From: Pristiophorus japonicus
Taxonomy: Eukaryota
Reading direction: 5' to 3'
Length of the DNA stretch: 64,000 nt
Assembly: GCF_044704955.1 (NCBI RefSeq)
Contig: NC_091989.1
Coordinates: 84,692,001 to 84,756,000 of the forward strand
In this document: positions 23,055 through 34,769 of the stretch, one piece after another
Layout: the number at the start of each line of letters is the position of its first letter
How positions within the stretch are numbered: position 1 is the first letter of the stretch
Made by a program: the position numbers and the translations under genes
The notes under the pieces: generated by a model
Told to the model about the DNA's origin: nothing
The model's input: only the letters and a program-made list of their open reading frames with translations
Database searches by the model: none

Positions 23055-26000
23055 TATACAAAATAGGTGCAGGAGTAGGCCATTCGGCCCTTCGAGCCTT
23101 CACCACCATTCAATAAGATCATGGCTGATCCTTCACCTCAGTACCCCTTTCCCGCTTTCTATCCATACCCCTTGATCCCTTTAGCCATAAGGGCCATATC
23201 TAACTCCCTCTTGAATACATCCAATGAACTGGTATCAACAACTCTCTGCGGCAGGGAATTCCACAGGTTAACAACTCTGAGTGAAGAAGTTTCTCCTCAT
23301 CTCAGTCCTAAATGGCCTACCCCTTATCCTAAGTGTCCCCTGGTTCTGGACTTCCCCCAACATCGGGAACATTCTTCCCGCATCTAACCTGTCCCGTCCC
23401 GTCAGAATCTTATTCGTTTCTATGAGATTCCCTCTCATCCTTCTAAACTCCAGTGTATAAAGGCCCAGTTGATCCAGTCTCTCCTCATATGTCAGTCCAG
23501 CCATCCTTGGAACCAGTCTGGTGAACCTTCGCTGCACTCCCTCAATAGCAAGGATATCCTTCCTCAGATTAGGAGACCAAAACTGAACACAATATTCCAG
23601 GTGAGGCCTCACCAAGGCCCTGTACAATTGCAGTAAGACTCCCTGCTCCTATACTCAAAATACCCTAGATATGAAGGCCAACATGCCATTTGCCTTCTTC
23701 ACCGCCTGCCTTACCTGCATGCCAACTTTCAATGACTGATGAACCATGACACCCAGGTCTCTTTGCACCTCCTCTTTTCCTAATCTGCCGCCATTCAGAT
23801 AATATTCTGCCTTTGTTTTTTTGCCACCAAAGTGGATAACCTCACATTTATCCAAGTCACCCTGCAGCCTCTTAGCATCCTCCTCACAGCTCACACCGCC
23901 ACCCAGTTTAGTGTCATCTGCAAACTTGGATATATTACACTCAATTCCTTCATCCACATCATTGATGTATATTGTAAAGAGCTGGGGTCCCAGCACTGAG
24001 CCCTGCGGCACTCCACTAGTCACTGCCTCCCATTCCGAAAAGGACCGTTTATCCCGACTCACTGCTTCCTGTCTACCAACCAATTCTCTATCCACGCAAG
24101 TACATTACCCTCAATACCATGTGCTTTGATTTTGCACACCAATCTCTTATGTGGGACCTTGTCAAAGGCCTTTTGAAAGTCAAAATACACCACATCCACT
24201 GGCTCGCCCTTGTCCACTTTACTAGTTACATCCTCAAAAAATTCCAGAAAATTTGTCAAGCATGATTTCTCTTTCATAAATCCATGCTGACTTGGACCAA
24301 TCCTGTCACTGCTTTCCAAATGCGCTGCTATTCCATCCTTAATAATTTATTCCAACATTTTCCCCACTACTGATGTCAGACTAACCGGTCTATAATTACC
24401 TATTTTCTCTCTCCCTCCTTTTTCAAAAGTGGTGTTACATTAGCTACCCTCCAGTCCACAGGAACTGATCCAGAGTCAATAGACTGTTGGAAAATGATCT
24501 CCAATGCATTCACTATTTCCACGGCCACTTCCTTAAGTACTCTTGGATGCAAACAATGAGGCCCCGGGGATTTATCGGCCTTCAATCTCATCAATTTCCC
24601 GCCTAATTAGGATATCCTTCTATTCCTCCTTCTCACTAGACCCTCGGTCCCCTAGTACTTTCGGAAAGTTATTTGTGTCTTCCTTCATGAAGACAGAACC
24701 GAAGTATTTGCTCAATTGGTCTGCCATTTCTTTGTTCCCCATTATAAATTCACCCAAGTCCGACTGCAAGGGACCTACGTTTATCTTCACTACTCTCTTT
24801 CTCTTCACATATCTATAGAAGCTTTTGCAGTCAGTTTTTATGTTCCCGGCAAGCTTCCTCGCGTACTCTATTTCCCCCCTCCTAATTAAACCCTTTGTCC
24901 TCTTCTGCTGAATTCTAAATTTCTCCCAGTCCTCTGGTTTGCTACTTTTTCTGGCCAATTTATATGCCTCTTCCTTGGATCTAACACTATCCTTAATTTC
25001 CCTTGTTAGCCACGGTTGAGCCACCTTCCCTGTTTTATTTTTACTCCAGACAGGAATGTACAATTGTTGAAGTTCATCCATGTGATCTATAAATGTTTAT
25101 CATTGCCTACCCACCATCAACGCTCTAAATATCACTTGCCAGTCTATTCTAGCCAATTCACGCCTCATGCCGTCGAAGTTAGCTTTCCTTAAGTTCAGGG
25201 CCCTAGTTTCTGATTGAGCTGTGTCACTCTCCATCTTAATAAAGAATTATACCATATTATGGTCACTGTTCCCCAAGGGGCCTCGCACAACAAGATTGCT
25301 AATTAGTCCCTTCTCATTACACATCACCCAGTCTAGGATGGCCAGCTCTCTAGTTGGTTCCTCGACATATTGGTCAAGAAAACCATCCATAATACACTCC
25401 AGGAAATCCTCCTCCACCGCATTGCTACCAATTTGGTTAGCCCAATCTATATGTAAATTAAAGTCGCCCATGATAACTGCTGTACCTTTATTGCACACAT
25501 TCCTTATTTCTTGTTTGATGCTGTCCCCAACCTCACTACTACTGTTTGGTGGTCTGTACACAACTCCCACCAGCGTTTTCTGCCCTTTGCTTTTCCGTAG
25601 CTCCACCCATACCGATTCCACATCATCCAAATGTCCTTCCTTATTATTGCATTAATTTCCTCTTTAACCAGCAATGCCACCCCGCCTCCTTTTCCTTTCT
25701 GTCTATCCGTCATAAATGTTGAATACCCCTGGATGTTGAGTTCCCAGCCTTGGTCATCCTGGAGCCATGTCTCCGTGATGCCAACTACATCATATCCATT
25801 AATTGCTATCTGCGCAGTTAATTCGTCCACCTTATTCCGAATACTCCTCGTATTGAGGCACAGAGCCTTCAGGCTTGTCTTTTCAACACACTTTGCCCCT
25901 TTAGAATTTTGCTGTAATGTGGCCCTTTGTTTTTTGCCTTGGTTTTGTCTGCCCTCCACTTTTACTATTCTCCTTTTTATCTTTTGCCTCTGTCTCCCTT

Positions 26001-27510
26001 TTATTTCCCTCTGCCTCCCTTCATAGGTTCCCATCCCCCTGCCATCTTAGTTTAACTCCTCCCCAACAGCACTAGCAAACACTGCAGAAGATAAAGGTAC
26101 GCGGAGTCAGAGGAAATGTATTAGCATGGATAGAGAATTGGCCGGCTAACAGAAAGCAGAGAGTCGGGATAAATGGGTCCTTTTCGAGTTGGAAATCGGT
26201 GGTTAGTGGTGTGCCACAGGGATCAGTGCTGGGACCACAACTGTTTACAATATACATAGATGACCTGGAAGAGGGGACAGAGTGTAGTGTAACAAAATTT
26301 GCAGATGACACAAAGATTAGTGGGAAAGCGGGTTGTGTAAGGACACAGAGAGCCTGCAAAGAGATTTAGAAAGGTTAAGCGAATGAGCTAAAGTTTGGCA
26401 GATGGAATACAATGTCAGAAAATGTGAGGTTATCCACCTTGGGGGGGGGGGGTGGGGAACAGCAAAAGGGAATATTATTTGAATCGGGAGAAATTACAAC
26501 ATGCTGCGGTGCAGAGGGACCTGGGGGTCCTTGTGCATAAATCCCAAAAAGTTAGTTTGCAGGTGTAGCAGGTAATAAGGAAGGCGAATGGAATGTTGGC
26601 CTTCATTGTGAGAGGGATGGAGTACAAAAGCAGGGAGGTGCTGCTGCAACTGTATAGGGTATTGGTAAGGCCGCACCTGGAGTACTGCGTGCAGTTTTGG
26701 TCACCTGACTTAAGGAAGGATATACTGGCTTTGGAGGGGGTACAGAGACGATTCACTAGGATGATTCCGGAGATGAGGGGGTTACCTTATGATGATAGAT
26801 TGAGTAGACTGGGTCTTTACTCGTTGGAGTTCAGAAGGATGAGGGGTGATCTTATAGAAACATTTAAAATAATGAAAGGGATAGACAAGATAGAGACAGA
26901 GAGGTTGTTTCCACTGGTCGGGGAGACTAGAACTAGGGGGCACAGCCTCAAAATACGGGGGAGCCAATTTAAAACCGAGTGGAGAAGGAATTTCTTCTTC
27001 CAGAGGGTTGTGAATCTGTGGAATTCTCTGCCCAGGGAAGCAGTTGAGGCTAGCTCATTGAATGTATTCAAATCACAGATAGATAGATTTTTAACCAATA
27101 AGGGAATTAAGGGTTATGGGGAGCGGGCGGGTAAGTGGAGCTGAGTCCTTGATCTTGTTGAGTGGCGGAGCAGGCTCGAGGGGCTAGATGGTCCAATCCT
27201 GTTCCTAATTCTTATGTTCTTATGGGTTCCATTCCTGCCCAGGTGCAGACTGTCCGGTTTGTACTGGTCCCACCTCCCCCAGAACCGGTTCCAATGTCCC
27301 AGGAATTTGAATCCCTCCCTTCTGCACCGCTTCTCAAGCCACGTATTCATCTGAGCTATCCTGCGATTCCTACTCTGACTAGCACGTGGCACTGGTCGCA
27401 ATCCTGAGATTACTATTTTTGAGGTCCTACTTTTTAATTTAGCTCCTAGCTCCATAAATTTGTCTCATAGGACCTCATCCCGTTTTTTTACCTATATTGT
27501 TGGTACCTAT
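23055..27510 (-). mobile_element. Near full-length decayed CR1 (ORF1 end + ORF2), split by nested CR1 26085-27223
   Basis: ORF1 SKIVISGL...WDQYKPDSLHL (27224-27510); endonuclease GITETWL, GVVYRPPN, MGDFN, SDHNMV; [20 protein letters not shown]. Confidence 0.95.
26085..27223 (+). mobile_element. 5'-truncated CR1 nested in the opposite orientation
   Basis: ORF 26593-27144 is CR1 ORF2 C-terminus; 3' UTR and tail at ~27150-27223. Confidence 0.93.
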
Positions 27511-27704
27511 ATGGGGATAAGGGGTTATGGGGAGTGGGCAGGGAAGTGGATCTGAGTCCTATTTCTTCTGTTCTTATTATGATAGAGCAATGCCTGAATA
27601 AATGTATTGTGATCTGCACTAACGGCAGCAAAACAGCCCGGGGATATTTGCAGCTGAGGGGAACCCACAGGGTGTTTACTGATTCCTGTGTTCTGTGTGT
27701 TCAG

Positions 27705-28186
27705 GTTTGCTAGACGGAGATTGCCAACATACTCTGGAACCAAGAGCCGAGATGGAAATACTGAAAGAAGCAGAAATGTTGGTGAAGGATCAGCCTGGAG
27801 CCGTGGAGACTCCTGGTCCCAGCCAGCAGGGACCGGCCCTTCAGGACACCGACAGCTTTCAGTGTTTTGTTTGTGGGAAGCGTTTTCGGTGGCCCTGCCT
27901 GTTGAAAAAGCACCTGCGTGTTCACACAGGGGAGAAACCGTTTGAGTGTGCAGAGTGCAAGAAGCGATTTAGTAAATCCAGTAACTTGATAAGACATCAG
28001 CGATTCCACAGAGGAGAGAAGCCGTTTGAGTGCAACGTTTGCACAAAGCGGTTTTCCACCTGCAACGACTTGAAAGTGCACCAGCGCATTCACACTGGAG
28101 AGAGACCGTTCGAATGTAGGGTGTGTATGAAGCGATTTTACACATCCGGTCACTTGATACGGCATCTGCAAATCCACACTGACTAG
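27705..28186 (+). CDS. C2H2 zinc-finger protein, terminal coding exon (4 tandem Kruppel-type fingers)
   Basis: Four intact C-x2-C-x12-H-x3-H fingers with TGEKP/RGEKP/TGERP linkers; pyrimidine-rich acceptor ...TGTGTGTTCAG at 27704; stop TAG at 28184-28186. Confidence 0.9.
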
Positions 28187-28238
28187 AAACTGCCTGATTT
28201 GCACTGCGTAAAAAAAGGTTTAACACATTCTGTCAATT

Positions 28239-28358
28239 AAGAACATAAGAAATAGGACCAGGAGTAGGCCATACGGCCCCTCAAGCCTGCTCCGCCATTT
28301 AATACGATCATGGTTGATCCGATCATGGACTCAGATCCACTTCACTGCCCGCTCCCCA
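28239..28358 (-). mobile_element. CR1 3' UTR fragment
   Basis: AAGAACATAAGAAATAGGA...GATCATGG, reverse complement of the CR1 tail. Confidence 0.8.
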
Positions 28359-29049
28359 TTGCGAGGTTTACGAAGATTGTCACACTGGAGAGATATTGTT
28401 GGAGGCACTGGAGGTCCATTACACTTGTGACTCCACTGTGTGCAGCTATGTCTCTGGTTTTTAGTGTTTAAAGATTTAGAATGGCTTCTTTTGCCATGGT
28501 AACTATGTTAGCAACACTTGTACAATGAAATGGATGATCTCTCGAACAGCTGTCTGGTCGCCTCTGTTTCCAATCCCAGGGTATCCAGTCATGCACGTTC
28601 CTCAGGCCAATTTCTCAATGAAGTGTTAACTGAAAGCACAGGGATTATCTGCAAAAGACGGAGCACGGTCATAGTGCTAACACATTAGATCACAGGTTTA
28701 TGTCCATTACACTTTCCATCCTACCCCATTCTGCCATGATCTGTGTCTGAAACACTTCACAATCGCTAATTAATCCCTCCGGTTTTAGTGATCTACTTCG
28801 TCAGTGAATCACTTGACAAGATTTGATAGAGTTGGCCACGTTTTCAAAATTAAAGAGCAATAAATTGTCTATCGGAGAATAGAAAATATTCTAAATATCG
28901 TACATCAGTGTGAGTACTCACTGAAGTTACAATACCATGCAGGATGGTTTATATCTTTTTTTTTCTTTCTCATCATTTTCTTTCTTTCTCCCTCTCATTC
29001 TCTTTCTTTCTCTCTCTCTAATTTTCTTTGTCCCTGACTCTTTCATGCA

Positions 29050-29560
29050 AGGAAAATTGAAAAATCTGTAAAGAAAGTTTGGTAGATTAGTGGAATGGGA
29101 AGCTAGGTGGCAGATGCAGTTTCATATGGAGAGTGAAGTCATACATTATGGGAGGATAATCAAGGAATGGGAGTATACGCTTAATGGAGAGACACTGAAG
29201 GGTGTGGCTTGACTGAGCTGGGATCAGTTTGGGGCTTTCCACTCTGCACTCATCACCCTAGGATCCTCATACCGCTGAAGTGAACGAGGAATTGTGAGAT
29301 GGCACGTGTACAAGCAGAAAACACTGCTCACAATGACCTGGCAGTGAGAGTGATAGTGGATAAAGGCCAAAGGCACTTTGGATTTTATAAATGGGCATGG
29401 AGTACAGGAATACTGAAGTCATTGGTTTGGCCACAGTTGGAGTACTGGGTGCAGTTTTCGGTGCCTCGAATTGTAGAAAGGCCATTAAAGCCATAGTGTT
29501 GATTCATCTGGGAGATGCCAGAGATGGAAACTATAGTTATGAGGAGAAACTTGAAGAGAT
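29050..29560 (+). mobile_element. Old CR1 fragment
   Basis: Degenerate WQMQF, KSLVWPQLEYWVQFS and YSYEEKLE. Confidence 0.7.
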
Positions 29561-29756
29561 AGTGAGTTTACTGTCTGGCAGGTGTATCACTGGATCCTTG
29601 GTTATGATCTGTGCTCTTGTTCCTGAACAGTACTTGTCTCACCTCGCTACTGCTTGCTAAAGTAAACAAGCTGAGCAGGTTTGTACAGTGACCAGTCCAG
29701 TTATGCGGCCAGCCCTGATCTGGCTACTTGTCCTTTGAACAAGCACCGATTGTAAA

Positions 29757-31472
29757 CAATGATTTGGATGAAGGGACTGAGCATAATGCAGCCAAGGTTT
29801 CTGATCATACAAAGATGGGTGGGAAAGCAAATTGCGAGGGGAGCACAAAAAATCTTCAAAGGGATATAGACAGGCTAAGTGAGTGGGAAAATGTGAGGTT
29901 ATCCACTTTGGCAGAAATAATCGAAAAGCAAATTATTATTTAAACGGAGAAAAATTGCAAAGTGCTGCAGTATAGAGAGACCTGGGGGTTCTTCTGCTTG
30001 AAACACAAAAAGTTAGTATGCAGGTACAGCAAGTAATCAGGAAGGCAAATGGAACGTTGGCCTTTATTGCAAGGGGTATAGAGTATAAAAGCAGAGAAGT
30101 CCTGCTACAACTGTACAGGGTATTGGTGAGGCCACACCTGGAGTACTGCGTACAGTTTTGATCTCCGTATTTAAGGAAGGATATACATGCATTGGAGGCT
30201 GTTCAGAGAAGATTCACTAGGTTGATTCCAGAGATGAGGGGGTTGACTTATGAGGATAGGTTGAGTAGGTTGGACCTATAAACATTGGAGTTCAGAAGAA
30301 TGAGAGTTGATCTTATCGAAACATGTAAGATAATAAGGGGGCCCGAGAAGGTGGATGCAGAGAGGATATTTCCACTCATAGGGGAAACTAAAACTAGGGG
30401 ACATAGTCTTAGAATAAGGGGCCACCCATTTAAGACTGAGATGAGGAGGAATTTCTTCTTTCAGAGGGTTGTAAATCTGTGGAATTCTCTGCCCCAGAGA
30501 GCTGTGGAGGCTGGGTCATTGAATGGCCCAGAAATCCCGTTTTCTCCTTCCCGCGGGTGTTCGACTAGATTTTAGAGAAAAAATGCGCACCTACCTGAAG
30601 CTGCTGCACCGGCTCGAGATCCCGGTCCACAGGCCTCCTCTCCCTGCGCATCGGAGTGCGTGCTCGTTGGGATGTCCGTAAGCTGGAGCTGCAGTCACAT
30701 GGCTCTGGGCAGCCAATCAAGATACAGTATTTTCTCATTCATAATAATGGGAACTCCATAAGTTGGAGTTCTCAATGTAATGAATGAGAAACCCCCCCCC
30801 CCTCCCAAACACCCAAAACACTAATAAAAAATAGAAAATGTACACTACATATTTAAAATTTATTTAAATTAGTTATTAATGTCATTAAAAAATATATTTT
30901 CACGATTTAAAAAAAAAAGTTTTTAAAATTATGCCTTAAAATAAACTTACCGTAGTGGGGAGGGTTTTTAACGATAAAATATGTTTTCATAACTTTATTT
31001 TAATATGTTTGTGTGTGTTAAAACACTTGGACCTGTAAAAGTACGCTATGCGCCTGCTTTTATCAGACGCAAGACTTTTGAGGACATTTGCTGGGCAGGA
31101 TATGCATAAATCCCGCAATCTTGTCCAAGCAAATGTCCTCGCTCCCAATCTGGCTACGATCTGTCAAGCTCCAGCTTAACAGATCGGAAAAGCCGGCTTT
31201 CACCGCATGCGCATTGCGCACTGGAAACTGGCTTTTCCGATGCCTTCCCGGGTCTGTAGAAACTTCGTACATGGCCGGGACGTTGGAATTTCTACCCCAA
31301 TATATTTAAGGCGGAGATTCACAGATATTTGAGCGATAAGGGAATAACAAGTTATAGGGAGGGGGCAGAGAAGTGGAGCTGAGTCCATGATCAGATCAGC
31401 CATGATCTTATTAAATGGTGGAGCAGGCTCGAGGGGTCAAATGGCCGACTCCCTGCTCCTATTATGTTCTTA
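29757..31472 (+). mobile_element. 5'-truncated CR1 carrying a MITE
   Basis: RT end to 3' UTR; GGGTCATTGAAT|ATATTTAAGGCGGAG is split by the MITE. Confidence 0.9.
30525..31298. mobile_element. Harbinger-type MITE
   Basis: 3-bp TSD AAT (30522-30524 and 31299-31301); imperfect TIRs GGCCCAGAAATCCC / GGGGTAGAAATTCC; non-coding. Confidence 0.85.
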
Positions 31473-31739
31473 GCTCCCTTTACATCAACTGTCAGCAAAA
31501 TAATAATAAGAGAATAAAGTCCAAGTTTCAGTTAGAAGGCCAGCCCTAATCTGGCTACTTGTCCTCTGAATATGCTCCGATTGTAAAGCTCGCTCTTTCT
31601 GACAACAACTCCAATTTTTTCCCAAAGGGTCGACAATACCCATTCACAGCGGCTGCAAGTCGGTGGTTCCGAGCATTGTAGTTTAGCGACGCTTCACATC
31701 CAGTTACTTTGGCACTTTAGTCGCTATTGTTACTAACTC

Positions 31740-31856
31740 TCTAAAGTTAACTTTTCCTACATTAGAATAGGGACTACACTTCAAAAATATTTCATTGGCT
31801 GCAAAGCACTTTGGACGTCCTGAGGTCATGAAAGGCATATGTAAATGCAAGTTTTG
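31740..31856 (+). mobile_element. SINE 3' fragment
   Basis: TTCATTGGCTGCAAAGCACTTTGGACGTCCTGAGGTCATGAAAGGC... matches the SINE 3' ends at 33.7 and 34.4 kb. Confidence 0.7.
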
Positions 31857-33156
31857 TTCCTCTGCAAGTCCTAACGATTCGATCATTTTACAAAGTGTGT
31901 CCTTTCCTACAGCTGCAAACAGTTTATGTAACCCGGCTGAAGTTCAGGAAACAGTGGATCATATCAGAAGATAGAATATTGGGACTTTAATACCGTATTT
32001 AACACTAAGGGACAAAGGGAATATTTACTACAGATGTGCATTCTGTCCAATAACAGCACACAGACATATATAGGATTTGATGAAGAGGAGTGGGAGAAGG
32101 CTCATGTGGAGCATAAACGCTGGCATGGACCTATTGGACTGAAGGTCCTGCTTTTCTGCTGTAGACTCTAACTCTACGCATTCTCAATTTGGTTGAGGGG
32201 TTCGTAGAATGTAACATGCCATTTTAAAGTTCTACTGAGAATGGTTTAAACCATGAACTCTGACCCGAGGAAGTCATGATGATGTCTCGATGCAGGCAGC
32301 CCTGACCTCTAACTTGTAGTGAAAGGGTCAGACAGATTTCCTTAGTATTGTTCAAGCACCATCATGATCTCCGGGGATCCAACTGAGCAGGAGCTGTGCA
32401 AGGCTAGACTCCAACCCACACTTTTTTGTGTACCGACCGTCCTGAAACCACTGTCCCTTCCCTCCTTGGAGACAAGAAAGCATCGGGTGGTGGGTGGGGA
32501 GGCCTTTTTGTTCCAATCTCTGTGCTTCTGATCATATCCTGCCCAGCATTCTCACAATCGAGAGCACACAGAGGGATGGAGAAGTCAGCACGAAGAGTCC
32601 TCCCCCTTCACAGGCAGTAGATATCTCCACTGCTGACTTTCCAGCTTTGTGCCCATTTCCTGCTTCCATCAAATCGTTTAAGAGCGAGTGACTTTTAATG
32701 CAGTTTGTTTGTTGATGGTGATTGGAGCCATGATTTGTTTCAACTGATGCAGTCTAATGGCCCTCATTTCATTATTAGACTTTTAATCAGCTATTATGTT
32801 TTATTGCAAATAAAGTGCTCTTTATATGGTGTGTATGTAAATGCTATCGATTAAGTATTCATTTCTTCACCGTTTGGAGGCTTTATCACATTGGGCATCG
32901 AGTGGTTGTCTGCATTAAAGGAATGGAAGGAGTGTCGTGAGCAGGTTGGCCATTCATAACACCGACTAATCTTTGGTGCAGGGTAGATTCACTGAGACAT
33001 TCCCTGGGATGAAGGTGCAGTATAGATGCACTGGGATGTTTTCCAGGTTGAGGGGGCAGTGTAGATTCACTGGGATGTTTCCTGGGAGGAGGGGGCAGTG
33101 TAGATTCACTGGGATGTTTCCTGGGATGAGGGTGCAATGTCGGTTCACTGCGATCA

Positions 33157-33815
33157 GTGTCAGCTGTGGCTCAGTGGGTAGCACTCTCGTCTGAGACAGA
33201 AGAATGTGGGTTCAAGTACCATTCCAGAGCACACAAAAATCTAAGCTGACGCTCCAATGCAGTACTGAGAGAGCACTGCAATGTTGGAGGAACAGTACTG
33301 AGGGAGTACGGTGCTGTCAAAGGGACAGTACTGATGGAGTGCGGTGCTGTCAGAGGGACAGTACTGAGGGTGTGCGGTGCTGTCAGAGGGACAGTACTGA
33401 GGGAGCACTGCACTGTCGGAGGGGCATTACTAAGGGAGCACTGCACTGTCGGATGGGCAGTACTGAGAGAGTGGTGCTTTCGCAGGGTCAGTGCTGCACT
33501 GGCGGATGAGACGTTGAACCGAGGCTCCATCTACTCTCAAGTGGATGTCAAAGATCCCATGGCACTATTTTGAAGAGCAGGGGAGTTATCGCCGGTTTCC
33601 TGGCCTTTGTTTTAAATGTTGAGTGAGGGATAAATGAACAGATTATCTGGTCATTATCACGTTGCTGTTTGTGGGAGCTTGCTGTGTGCAAATTGGCTGT
33701 TGTGTTTCCTACATTACTACAGTGACCATGCTCCAAAAGTACTTCATTGGCTGTAAAGCGCATTAAGACGTCCGGTGGTAGTGAAAGGCGCTATATAAAT
33801 GCAAGTCTTTCTTTA
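33157..33815 (+). mobile_element. tRNA-derived DeuSINE/SacSINE-type SINE with internal tandem expansion
   Basis: Pol III box A (TGGCTCAGTGGG) and box B (GGTTCAAGTA); Deu-like core GCAGTACTGAGGGAG...GGATGAGACGTTGAACCGAGG; tail AAATGCAAGTCTTTCTTT. Confidence 0.85.
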
Positions 33816-33956
33816 TTACCTGGGATGAGGGTACAGTGTAGATTCATTGGGAAGTGGTCTGTGATGAGGGTTTAGTTTAGATTCATGGGATATTATGTGG
33901 GATGAGGATGCAGTGTAGATTCACTGGGATCAGTACCAGCTGATCTGGCACTTTAG

Positions 33957-33965
33957 TGTCAGCTC

Positions 33966-34006
<41 letters not shown>

Positions 34007-34443
34007 GTGGGTTCAAGTGCCACTCCAGGGACTTGAGCACAAAAAATCTAAGCTGACACTCCAGTGCAGTGCTGATGGAGCACTGCACTGTCGGAAGAGC
34101 AGTACTGAGGGAGTGCTGCACTGTCAGAGGTGCTGTTTTTCAGATGAGTCGTTAAACCGAAGCCAAGTCTGATCTCTCAAGTGGACGTAAAAGATCCCAT
34201 GGCACTATTTTGAAGAAGAGCAGGGGAGTTATTCCCAGTTTCCTGGCCTATATTTATCCCACAAGCAACATAACAAAAAAAAACATCTGGTCATTATGAC
34301 ACGTTGCTGTTTGTGTGCAAATTGGCTACTGCGTTTCCTCATTCCAACAGTGACCATGCTCCAAAAGTACTTCATAGGCTGTAAAGTGCTGTGAGACATC
34401 TGGTGGTCATGAAAGGCACTATATAAATGAAAGTCTTTCTTTA
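33957..34443 (+). mobile_element. tRNA-derived DeuSINE/SacSINE-type SINE
   Basis: Box A and box B, Deu-like core and tail as in the neighbouring copy. Confidence 0.88.
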
Positions 34444-34769
34444 TAATCGTGAATAAGGGTGCAGTGTAGATTCACTGGAATATTACCCGGGATGAGGATA
34501 GATATTACCTGGATGAGGATACTGTGTAGATTCACTGGGATATTACCCAGGATGAGGATACTGTGTAGATTCACTGGGATATTACCCAAGATGAGGGAAT
34601 AGTGTAGATTCACTGAGTTATTACACAGAATGGTGGTGCAGTGTAGATTCACTAGATATTACCCGGAATGAGGATACTGCGTAGATTCACTGGGATGAGG
34701 ATAATCTGTAGATTCTCTGGGATATTACCCGGATGAGGATACAGTGTAGATCCACTGGGATATTACCCG

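Noticed and set aside
33157-34030. tRNA-like sequences at ~33160 and ~33960
   Set aside because: Box A/B heads of SINEs that continue into the SINE body; no complete cloverleaf seen.
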